Part shown: in pieces, positions 7,754 to 16,643 of the stretch | Position numbering within the stretch: the first letter of the stretch is position 1 | Layout: each line of letters starts with the position of its first letter | Assembly: GCA_008369845.1 (NCBI GenBank) | Contig: MRSU01010402.1 | Location: 1 to 43,140 of the forward strand | Source: Trichomonas gallinae | Lineage: Eukaryota | Direction: 5' to 3' | Length of the DNA stretch: 43,140 bases | Program-made: the position numbers and the translations under genes | Notes under the pieces: generated by a model | What the model was told of the DNA's origin: nothing | The model's database searches: none | Seen by the model: the letters and a program-made list of their open reading frames with translations, nothing else

Positions 7754-10693
7754 TTATATATGGTTGGCTTTCTTCGAATCTATAACAAGATTAATAATGA
7801 ATTGCTGAGTATTCAATGTTGTCCAGAATGTTCCAAATATCCTATTTGCATACACATGCTGGACTATGCCTGCATAGTTAAATCCGTTCAAACTCGTTAG
7901 TACATAATCTCCAATTGTCACATTATTGCCTGATGAATCTTTGGCCCCTGTTTGATCTTGTATTCTTGTCCATTTATCATGCACTGTGATTTTCTGAAGC
8001 ATTCCAAACACATTCAAACAATAGCAGAAATTGCTGTTCGATGTAAGAACTTGCATTGCCATATTGTTAACCATAACAAGATCTCCTGATTCTGGCAATA
8101 GTCCTGTCTTTTCTGTCATCAAGTTTATCTTTTCTCCAGATTTAATCAGTAAATCTTCACTGAAAACACGTGTTTGCTGAAGAGGAGCAACAAGAACGTT
8201 AGTATTATTGTGATCAAGCACGACAAACTGTTCATCAGTCTCAGCATGATGGACAACATCGCCAATAACATACTGACTTTCTGTGTATTCGGTCTTTGAT
8301 GATTTAAATTCTGCGATTTCATCATCAAATCTACTAGAAAGCTCACGTTGTATTACGTTCCTAGTGAACAACTCTTGTCTTTGTATTTGCTTCATTCTTG
8401 CTTTTTCTTCTTCCTCTTTTCTTAGTCTTTCTTCTATTTCTCTTCTGATTCTTTCTTCTTCCGCTTCTTTTTCTCTCCTTATTCTCTCTTCTTCTTCCTC
8501 TTTTTCTCTGCGGATTCTCTCTTCTTCTTCTCGGCGCAATCTTTCTTCTTCCGCTTTCTTTCTGTTGACTTCCAAGATTCTGTTCTGCTCTGCAATTCTC
8601 TCTGCGTTCTTCTTCTGCTTCTCGAACTTCTTCTTCTCTTTGTCTTCCCTATCTTGAGTAGTTGGTGCGGGTTTAGCGCCGAGCATCGATAGAAGCTGGG
8701 CATCGGAAGAACGGGTTGGTCCTTTGCCACGCAATGTTCGCTGGCTGAAGTTAATTTGTATTGTCGACTGCGGGGCAACAACTGCTGGCTTCTTCTGGTG
8801 GGCGACGATGTTTGCATCTGGATCGTTTATCGATGTTCTATCGATTCTAGGAACATGCATCTTGATGTTAAGATTTGATTCATCTTCAATTGACACTTGA
8901 TGTTTCTGTTCGACTTCCTCTGAGATTTCTTCGATACCCCATGTTCCATCATGATCTTTATCTTTTTCATCATGATCTTCATGATCATCTTCGTGAATTT
9001 CGATCTCATCATGATTTTCATTCTCAATCTCTTCATGAACTTCGTTTTCATTTTCTTCATGATCTTTATCTTCAATTTCTTCATGATTTTCGTTGCCATT
9101 TTCTTTTTTATTTGATATAATTGGAACTGTAATACCTTGTTGATGCATTTGTTCATTTTCGTCGGATTTTTCTGGAATAATGTTTTCTTCTGTTTCACTT
9201 GCTTGATCTGGAATCGACAATTCTGTTTGATCTGGTTCATCTTGAACAGTATTTTCTTCCGTTTTCAGATTCTCATCATCTGATTTTGTAGTATCATTAT
9301 CATCAATGTCTTCTTCATTTTGAAGAGTTAGTTCGATTTCATTAACTTCACTTTCGTGGCTTTCCTCTTTTTGCATGTTTTCATCAACATCTTCTACTTG
9401 ATTAGTTTGTTCTGCTTCTTCTTCTTCGACTGTTTCTTTTTCATCAATTTGAAGATTTTCGTCAATTTCTTCTTTTTCTTGTGTTTGAGGAGTAATTTCG
9501 TCAATAATTTGTTCTGTGTCTGGAATATCAACTGTTTCTTGAGTATTCTCGTTGTTTTCTTCTTCTTTTAACTCAGCTTCTTTTTCTTGTTCTTGGGTAA
9601 CATTTTCTTCATCCTTTGATTCAGCAGCTTCTGTTTGTTGTGTATCAGTTTCGAGTGGTAATTTTTCAGTTGTAAGTTGTTCAGGAACTTGTTCGGCTTG
9701 TTCTGGTTCTTTTTCTTCATCTGATTCGCTCTTTGATAAATTAGATCGAGCTTCAAACGTCCAGTTCAATAATTCTATTTCAGCTTCATCTAGTTCTTTT
9801 TCTTTTACTTCTTTTTGAGGCAGAGGATCATGAATTCTGTTGATTGTTCGCAAAGATGATTCACTTACAACTTCTTTGAACTTTTCGAACTCGTCATCTG
9901 CTGCATATGTACTCCATGTAGTTAGGCATTCTATATCAACCTTCATTATTAAAAATTCTTTATAAAATTTCATATCTTTGAATAAATATCCTTGAACAGT
10001 GTTCGATTTATCAAATGAAAGGTTGATTTTGCACTGTGTGTAGCCTAATTTTGATGCCCGAATATAGTCAAAAGGCAAGGGTTCCGAGATTGATTTTGTA
10101 TTTTGATCAATAAAGCGCGGCCAGAGTTTTACTATGGCGAGTTTTTGAACTAAGTTGACATCTAGTATTTCTACGATGTCACCTGAATAAGGCGGTAAAA
10201 ATAAACGTGCGTATTTTCGATTGTCGGATTCAATGAATTTAAGCTGAGTATTCATTATCACATTGCGTAAGAATGTATGTGGTTGAACTGGCTCGAATTC
10301 TTTCTTAGGAAACACTTCATATAATTTTTTCAACGGAATTCCTTCGATATATATCTTGTCTGTTATATCGGGTAGAATTATTAATGATCCTCCTTCGTTT
10401 TTAAGTTCATTAAATAGTTCTGTAGTCATTCTAACAAGCATAGTTGCTTGCAATTTTTTTGAGCATTGAAAAGAAAAGATTTCTGTTGGTGGATTTTGAA
10501 TAAGTTGTTGCTGATGGTTAAGATACTGTGTTTTTGGATCTCCTGTGTAAACACTTGAAAATCTTGGTTGAGAATCTTTCGATTCTTCGGCAATATTTAT
10601 ATTAGAAATAAGATCTTTCCAGTTACACAGGTCTCTTTCTTGATATTCTGAAAAATTTGGTCTATCAGTTAACTCTAAAACATGCTTTTTCAT
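7754..10693 (-). CDS. SPT5: Spt5-like transcription elongation factor, divergent, with large acidic/coiled-coil insertion
   Basis: NGN-like DKIYIEG; KOW1-like YARL..PPYSGDIVEILDV...IVKLWPR; C-terminal KOW-like motifs (IGDVV, SGDLV, KDSSGNNVTIGDYV...GIVQHVY). Confidence 0.65.
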   Translation of the reverse strand: MKKHVLELTDRPNFSEYQERDLCNWKDLISNINIAEESKDSQPRFSSVYTGDPKTQYLNHQQQLIQNPPTEIFSFQCSKKLQATMLVRMTTELFNELKNEGGSLIILPDITDKIYIEGIPLKKLYEVFPKKEFEPVQPHTFLRNVIMNTQLKFIESDNRKYARLFLPPYSGDIVEILDVNLVQKLAIVKLWPRFIDQNTKSISEPLPFDYIRASKLGYTQCKINLSFDKSNTVQGYLFKDMKFYKEFLIMKVDIECLTTWSTYAADDEFEKFKEVVSESSLRTINRIHDPLPQKEVKEKELDEAEIELLNWTFEARSNLSKSESDEEKEPEQAEQVPEQLTTEKLPLETDTQQTEAAESKDEENVTQEQEKEAELKEEENNENTQETVDIPDTEQIIDEITPQTQEKEEIDENLQIDEKETVEEEEAEQTNQVEDVDENMQKEESHESEVNEIELTLQNEEDIDDNDTTKSDDENLKTEENTVQDEPDQTELSIPDQASETEENIIPEKSDENEQMHQQGITVPIISNKKENGNENHEEIEDKDHEENENEVHEEIENENHDEIEIHEDDHEDHDEKDKDHDGTWGIEEISEEVEQKHQVSIEDESNLNIKMHVPRIDRTSINDPDANIVAHQKKPAVVAPQSTIQINFSQRTLRGKGPTRSSDAQLLSMLGAKPAPTTQDREDKEKKKFEKQKKNAERIAEQNRILEVNRKKAEEERLRREEEERIRREKEEEEERIRREKEAEEERIRREIEERLRKEEEEKARMKQIQRQELFTRNVIQRELSSRFDDEIAEFKSSKTEYTESQYVIGDVVHHAETDEQFVVLDHNNTNVLVAPLQQTRVFSEDLLIKSGEKINLMTEKTGLLPESGDLVMVNNMAMQVLTSNSNFCYCLNVFGMLQKITVHDKWTRIQDQTGAKDSSGNNVTIGDYVLTSLNGFNYAGIVQHVYANRIFGTFWTTLNTQQFIINLVIDSKKANHI
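8420..8560 (-). repeat. Coding repeat, EEERIRRE-type single alpha-helix units
   Basis: ERLRREEEERIRREKEEEEERIRREKEAEEERIRREIEERLRK within the Spt5-like ORF. Confidence 0.8.
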
Positions 10694-11050
10694 CCATACG
10701 TCACTTTTGCAATCTCATTTGTCATGTAAAACTTAATGTTTGACAAATATTTTTTTTTTTTACAAATCAAAAATGATATTTTACTTGGCAAAAAAATAGT
10801 CCATTAAAAAATCCACTAAATATCTATTTCCATTTGCAGGATATCACCATTTTTCATAGAAAAGTTGTAAAATTATGATCTTTTGTGATAATAAATTATC
10901 AATTTTCTAATTTGCATGATACAAATATTTGCAACTATGCCATTTGCATATGAAGCAGATTTTTCAAATATTGTCATGTTAAAAATTACATATCATTTAA
11001 AAATATTACATTATTTATTCTATTTCTTGTAAGAGACTAAATCTATAATT

Positions 11051-11467
11051 TTATTTGAGGAGTGCGATGTTTTCGGACTTGCCAATGTCGAACTTTTCGA
11101 TGAACTTGTTGCCATTTTCTTCTCTGCTTGGTGGGAATTTGAGTGCGATACTCTTCTTTTCACCATTTGGATTCTTGGCGTAGTCTACAGCCTCCCATCT
11201 AATGAATTCACCATCATCCTCGATTTTCATTTCAGGTAAGATATAATGGTTGAGTAAAACCTCTGTGCAAGCATTGTTGCGCATTAAAACACGTGTACGT
11301 TTGTTATCCTTATGCTTGAGAATTCTTATTTTTCCAGCACCAATTTTTGTTGGATCTTCGTTTGCACCTAAAAATAAAGTAACAATTTCGGTAATTTTGT
11401 TCTCCTCATTTGCATCGTAGCCTTCTTTGCAAAAACTTTCAATGGCTTCCTGGATTTTGTCTCCCAT
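11051..11467 (-). CDS. Ran-binding domain (RanBP1-like) protein
   Basis: GAGKIRILKHKDNKRTRVLMR...LNHYI...WEAVDYA...ALKF is the RanBD signature; first ATG at 11467. Confidence 0.85.
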   Translation of the reverse strand: MGDKIQEAIESFCKEGYDANEENKITEIVTLFLGANEDPTKIGAGKIRILKHKDNKRTRVLMRNNACTEVLLNHYILPEMKIEDDGEFIRWEAVDYAKNPNGEKKSIALKFPPSREENGNKFIEKFDIGKSENIALLK

Positions 11468-11881
11468 AAAACTTTTTAATTCCGAACAGAGCTCTTCAAA
11501 TTTTTGCTCCTTTAAAATTGACAAATAAATATTTACATGTCAAAAATGATACTAATATCTCATATTCATTATATAAACTTAAATTCTTTCTAATCTTATA
11601 ACAAACTCTAGAACCAGATTATGCATGAGCATATAATGTGTACTGCATTACAAAGCATTCAAAATATCCATCATTCTTTACTTCAAAATCAAAAATTATT
11701 ATCAATCAAAAAACCTAAATTTGATTTCTGTCAAGTAAAAATTTTACACAGCAAGCCAATTGATTCTAATTATGAATAAGAAAAATAAGGAGTGAAAAGA
11801 AGGCTTCTTCACATAGATTTATATCCATCTTATGAAAATAATGACAATTATTAGAATATAAATTAAACATTTTATTTTATT

Positions 11882-14800
11882 TTAAACATCTTGTGTATAA
11901 CCAATCTTCTTCAAAACATTAATAAGTTGTACATCCATAGTATCCTGGATTTCCTTTGATTTGCTTCTCTCGAGAGATCCAATGTTATCATCAGCAGCGC
12001 CGTCTTCGTTGAAGAGAGGTGACGAGCTCGGGCTTGGGATGCTTGCGAGATCAACAGTCGTTGTTTTGATGCCTTCGCTCTTCTTTATCAAAGACTCGTT
12101 GACTTGTGTGAGTCTGTTATCTGTTATCTCGACGAACGACAAGAGGCGTCTGTAGTCATCATAATTCCTTCTTGTTGATGTGGACGATGATTGTCCTTTC
12201 TGTTCTTTCTGCTCTGATGCTGTATCTGCGCCAATTGCAGAACTCAATCCATCCTTGAGTCCATTGAATTCCTCTATCAACTTCTTTCTGTTTGTTTGCA
12301 AGTCAAACAGCTCCTTCTTCTGGACTTCTCTTGTCATGACGAGGTCCTGATATTCTGCGGCATCGCGGAATATCGATTCTCTCTCTGTCTGCATCTGCTC
12401 GAATATATCTGTGATCGCGAGCTGATCATGCAACGGCAAAGTTGTTGAATGGACAGTGAGCTTCGGTCGTGGGATGGCGAAAGCATGGCTGACTTTGTTG
12501 CTCGTGTAGCGTGATGTCTCAGTGAAAATGTCAACATCATCAAGAGACTGGAAAGTGAAGTGAGCGAGGCCGTCGTTTTCCAGGAACTGATTTGCCGGAT
12601 CAACGACGCCTTTGAGTCTTGTTATTGCAAGGATGACCTTAAGAACTGCGATGATCTCTTTAGTTAAGTCTTTTTCGTTTGGTTCAATGAGTCTGTTTAC
12701 TTCATGATAGACTTGGACGATGTCTGTTGGTGTCGCGGTATTCATCGACTGCTCAAGCTTAGTGATGAGCTGGTAAATCTTCTCTGAGTTCTTAAGGGCG
12801 ATTGTCTTGACAAAGAGCTTAAGCTTTCCGAATAAGTTGTCATAGTTGATTGCGCTGTGTGTGAAGATTCCGTCGATAACTGCAATCATGTTTGCAAGCT
12901 TTTCGATCGCTTCAACTGTCAGCCTCATTGTCGGCTTGAGAGTGGATGCATAGTGCCTGATTCCTAAGCACTGTGTGAACAAGTTGGTAGTTGTGTCATT
13001 CGTGAATGCTCCAGCAGAACTTAATCTTAAGGTGAGTGAAGTGACATACTTCACGAACCTCAAATAGTTGAAAGTTCTGCACAAAGATAATTTGACGAGC
13101 TGGCTGTCAGATATTTCACCGATAAGCAGAGCTAGTGTATCGTGGTGCTCCAAGAAACTTACCAAAGTGTGTAGTTTCCTGTAGACTTTTGTGAATTCTT
13201 CTCTGTTTGCGAATTTCTTCCTCAAGTTTAGTGCTGTCTTTCCGAAAGCTATGACTGTCTCGAGGCTGAGTCCGCCGAATGTTAGCAAGGCGAACGTGGA
13301 GTGGACTTTTTCTGTTTCATTGTCGAATGGAGGCAGCTGACGCTTAATGTCTCTCGCGATATCATCGATTTGGCAGATATTAATCTTCCAGTGATGCTCT
13401 ATGAAACGATTTGCGTAGTCGTTGCTGTAGTTGCCTAAGACGTAATCGTTGTCGATAGTAACGAAACCGTCGTCCTTTACTTTGCTCAATAATGAAGTGT
13501 AATCTCTTGTCATAGCTAAAATTCTGAAGTGTCCAAGATTAGAGAAAGATGAAGTGACATCTTCGCCGTTGAATTCTGCCTGGCAGACCATCTGCATGTG
13601 TTCTATTGCTCTGTTCTCGCGCTCACACAAAACAGGAGCTTCGACAAGTTTCCAGAGATCATCAGCAAGATTTGGAAACTCGACTAATCTCGGCAAATTG
13701 ATGCACATAGGTTTAATCTGTTGAACTCCATCAACATCAGTCATCCTGCAGAGCTGTGAAACTATGTCAATCCACTGGACGAGGTCGTTGAACTCTGGGC
13801 AGTCTTCCTTCATGAATGCTGCACCCAAAATGTTGCCCAATGACATCTTCATTGTGTTCAGGAGGGAAATTCGCTGCCGAACCATGTCGCTTTGTAATTT
13901 GTTCTGCATCAGTCTCTGTACGTCAATCAAAAGCTTGCAGCTGGCCGGTTCTAACAAGCTCTGTCCTTCAAAGATCTCTTCGTTGGAAACAAAATGAGCA
14001 AACATTCTCATATAAGTGAAATGAAGTGCATTAGAATATGTTATCAAGCCGCCGAGTTCAAGCGCATAATATAGCTGGTGAAGATTGTTTAACTCGGTGA
14101 GTTTGTGAAGAATCATCTCGAACTTTGATGTGTCATTGTTCATGCTTTTTTGGACAATGATATGGTGCCTGATTTCTTTGATCATCGCCAGCAGAATTGA
14201 TCCGTCAACAATTTTTTCTGTCAGATCTTTCGCGAAAGCATTGAACCTTGGCATTCCCTCGAACGTCTTGTTTATCAGGTCTCCGAGGTCGTTAAGATAA
14301 ACATATAATGATGGAACGATGAGTTTATCGACGGAGAAAGGCTCATTCTTCTTGTTATTGATTATCTGTATTCCAGATGCTTCGACTTTGTTGGCTAAAT
14401 CTGCCACAAAGTTCGCATAACTTGAGTTGACTTCATGTATGTGCAGTGGGGATCTTATATATGGGCCGACTTCATAGCTCTGTATCAATGGGAACTTGAG
14501 AACTAGCTGGTCAATCTTGAGATTGAATTCTGTCGCGTAGTTATTCAAGCCGTCGATGGCGCGAACCATCTGCGAAATAGGAATAATCGTGTTGAACAAA
14601 TTGAAGAATAATTCCTTGCATCTGTTGAAAGGCTCTGAGATGTTTTCTGCCATCTTCTTGATTGTCCTGCCTGTTTCCAGAGGCTTGATGAGTGTTGTAA
14701 TCCTCGATATTGGGCTCTTTATCATGTAGCAGTCTTTAACGAACTGGCCGAACAAGGAAATGATATCATCGGAATCAGAGAACTCTCCTGTTGTTTGTCT

Positions 14801-16066
14801 TGCTCTAAAATCGTTGACTAACAACTCAAGCTCCTGCAAGTCGACGAGGAAAGAAGCAGCTGTCATTGCTAAGTCGAGTCTATCGAAGAAATGCTGCATC
14901 TCGTTGAAGACTGATTGCATTGACTGCAAAATAACTGAGTTGCTCGGATGAGTCATTTCGCTTAACTTAGAGACCCAAAAAGAGGCCAAAACAGGCGACT
15001 CACTGGCACAATCGAGAGCCAGCAAAGGCTCAATGAGGTCGTGTAGTCTGTGTGCTCTGTTTCCTTTTGATGATTTCTTGTGCTCTTCTTCGTCTTCGTC
15101 GATTTCTTCGTCATTTCCTTCTTCGTAATCTTGGATGTCTTCTTCGTTTTCATCTTCCTCTTCTTTCGGATTCAAGGCTGCCTCTGAGTATTCTTCTTCC
15201 TTGTGGTTGATGATTTCGCTCTCTGATTCTTCATATTCCGGAATATAATTTCCATTTGGATGAGGAGTGCGTGTCGGGATATGAACTGGTTCTGTATTTA
15301 ATGTCTCAAGAATAATCGAGCAATTCTCATAGAGAGCATGGCCTAAAAGCATTGTTTTGAAATCGATCATTAAAATATTTGTTTGTAAGAACCAATCATT
15401 GAATTTATTGTCTTGTATTTTAGCAACATTGTTGACTTTTTCGCATGGTTGGCCGAGGTTTTTCAATTTGTCGAAAAATTCTTTGATATCGTCAGGAGTT
15501 AATAATGCTGATAGGTTTTGAATACTAGTATTAAGTTCCTGAAGTATTTTTTCAATTTCGTCCAAATCTGCTGCATATTCAGTATTTGATGTAATTAATT
15601 CTTGAGTTTGTTCGTGAATTGTTTTTAACTCTTTCAACGTATTTCCAATAGAGTAATTTAATACGTTTTTGATTTCATCAGTGTTTATGTATTTAAATAT
15701 TTCGATCAAATTTGAAACGATTATCTGAAATTTTTCTTTAACTGTCTGTGGTACCTTTTTGCCCTCAAACTTCTGCTGGAATTCGTTGTAACTATCAAGT
15801 GCTTTCTGGAAAATTTCGCGATCTGGATCTGGAATAAATATTGATCTAAAGAAAAACGACTTAAATTTTGCGTAAGCCTTGCAATTTCTCATCAAATTTT
15901 GATATAATTCAGAATTATCTTTATTTCCAAAGTATTGTTCAGTCGAAAGATCATCTTGATCGATAAAAGGCTCTGTTAACTTAATAAATTCATCTACTTC
16001 CGGTGTATTTAAGTCTAGGTTAAGTTTTGGCAGGTCCTCAAGAGCTAATTGAGTACCAATTTCCAT
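11882..16066 (-). CDS. Large hypothetical alpha-helical protein (1394 aa)
   Basis: Uninterrupted 4.2-kb ORF with an acidic linker and a C-terminal coiled coil; no family recognised. Confidence 0.8.
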   Translation of the reverse strand: MEIGTQLALEDLPKLNLDLNTPEVDEFIKLTEPFIDQDDLSTEQYFGNKDNSELYQNLMRNCKAYAKFKSFFFRSIFIPDPDREIFQKALDSYNEFQQKFEGKKVPQTVKEKFQIIVSNLIEIFKYINTDEIKNVLNYSIGNTLKELKTIHEQTQELITSNTEYAADLDEIEKILQELNTSIQNLSALLTPDDIKEFFDKLKNLGQPCEKVNNVAKIQDNKFNDWFLQTNILMIDFKTMLLGHALYENCSIILETLNTEPVHIPTRTPHPNGNYIPEYEESESEIINHKEEEYSEAALNPKEEEDENEEDIQDYEEGNDEEIDEDEEEHKKSSKGNRAHRLHDLIEPLLALDCASESPVLASFWVSKLSEMTHPSNSVILQSMQSVFNEMQHFFDRLDLAMTAASFLVDLQELELLVNDFRARQTTGEFSDSDDIISLFGQFVKDCYMIKSPISRITTLIKPLETGRTIKKMAENISEPFNRCKELFFNLFNTIIPISQMVRAIDGLNNYATEFNLKIDQLVLKFPLIQSYEVGPYIRSPLHIHEVNSSYANFVADLANKVEASGIQIINNKKNEPFSVDKLIVPSLYVYLNDLGDLINKTFEGMPRFNAFAKDLTEKIVDGSILLAMIKEIRHHIIVQKSMNNDTSKFEMILHKLTELNNLHQLYYALELGGLITYSNALHFTYMRMFAHFVSNEEIFEGQSLLEPASCKLLIDVQRLMQNKLQSDMVRQRISLLNTMKMSLGNILGAAFMKEDCPEFNDLVQWIDIVSQLCRMTDVDGVQQIKPMCINLPRLVEFPNLADDLWKLVEAPVLCERENRAIEHMQMVCQAEFNGEDVTSSFSNLGHFRILAMTRDYTSLLSKVKDDGFVTIDNDYVLGNYSNDYANRFIEHHWKINICQIDDIARDIKRQLPPFDNETEKVHSTFALLTFGGLSLETVIAFGKTALNLRKKFANREEFTKVYRKLHTLVSFLEHHDTLALLIGEISDSQLVKLSLCRTFNYLRFVKYVTSLTLRLSSAGAFTNDTTTNLFTQCLGIRHYASTLKPTMRLTVEAIEKLANMIAVIDGIFTHSAINYDNLFGKLKLFVKTIALKNSEKIYQLITKLEQSMNTATPTDIVQVYHEVNRLIEPNEKDLTKEIIAVLKVILAITRLKGVVDPANQFLENDGLAHFTFQSLDDVDIFTETSRYTSNKVSHAFAIPRPKLTVHSTTLPLHDQLAITDIFEQMQTERESIFRDAAEYQDLVMTREVQKKELFDLQTNRKKLIEEFNGLKDGLSSAIGADTASEQKEQKGQSSSTSTRRNYDDYRRLLSFVEITDNRLTQVNESLIKKSEGIKTTTVDLASIPSPSSSPLFNEDGAADDNIGSLERSKSKEIQDTMDVQLINVLKKIGYTQDV

Positions 16067-16090
16067 ATATTATAAAATTTAGAATAAATT

Positions 16091-16211
16091 GGCACGTTTT
16101 AGAACATGTCACGTTTTATGTTGTCACCTTTTAGTTTGTCACTTTTATCATTGTTACGTTTTGTAAATTTGTCACTTTTAATTTAGTCACGTTTTATATT
16201 ATGTCACTTTT
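16091..16211. promoter_or_regulatory. Array of about 8 GTCAC(G/C/-)TTTT motifs in a bidirectional promoter
   Basis: Copies at 16091, 16108, 16123, 16138, 16153, 16171, 16186 and 16203 (two with one mismatch), between divergent ATGs at 16066 and 16238. Confidence 0.7.
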
Positions 16212-16226
16212 CAATTTTGTTATTTT

Positions 16227-16231
16227 TCATT
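16227..16231 (+). promoter_or_regulatory. Initiator (Inr)-like element TCATT
   Basis: Matches the trichomonad Inr consensus TCA(T/C)(T/A) and ends 6 nt before ATG 16238. Confidence 0.55.
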
Positions 16232-16237
16232 TTTTTG

Positions 16238-16564
16238 ATGGAAGAAAAGTCTTTTACTGAGCTTTGGTCGCCTGTAAATGGGAAGAACAACATAAACAGT
16301 ATCAATCAAGTTACAAATATTCGATTTGTTGTCATAATTTACGAAGGAACTCATTATTTCCATTACTTTTCAAACGAAGAAACCTGTGATGTTATATATG
16401 AATTTGCTTCACAGTCTGTCTGTCTTCCAAGAGATCAATTTGTTTTATTAAATCAAAATAAAGAAGAAATCAATCCAAAATTAAAGATAGCATCGCATTT
16501 TCCTGGTACAACTACTGGACGAGTCTTTATAACACTACAAAAAACAAATAAAAAATCAAAATAA
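16238..16564 (+). CDS. Small UBX/ubiquitin-like fold protein
   Basis: IRFVVIIYEG.HYFHYF..EET...IYEFA.......FVL matches the UBX/ubiquitin beta-grasp pattern; Inr-like element before the ATG. Confidence 0.5.
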   Translation: MEEKSFTELWSPVNGKNNINSINQVTNIRFVVIIYEGTHYFHYFSNEETCDVIYEFASQSVCLPRDQFVLLNQNKEEINPKLKIASHFPGTTTGRVFITLQKTNKKSK

Positions 16565-16643
16565 ATAGAAGTAAGTAAATACAAACAATTTACGGAGAAA
16601 ACAAATACATTATTTCTCTTTCGCCACTTAATGTATTTGTTTC

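Noticed and set aside
8146..9818. Many overlapping 60-137 aa ORFs in and antisense to the Spt5-like gene, and similar shadow ORFs in other long genes
   Set aside because: Stop-poor alternative frames of low-complexity or GC-richer coding sequence, with no motifs of their own.
10665..10697. Out-of-frame ATG 4 nt upstream of the Spt5-like start (10-aa uORF)
   Set aside because: Cannot be evaluated without a mapped transcription start; may lie outside the mRNA.
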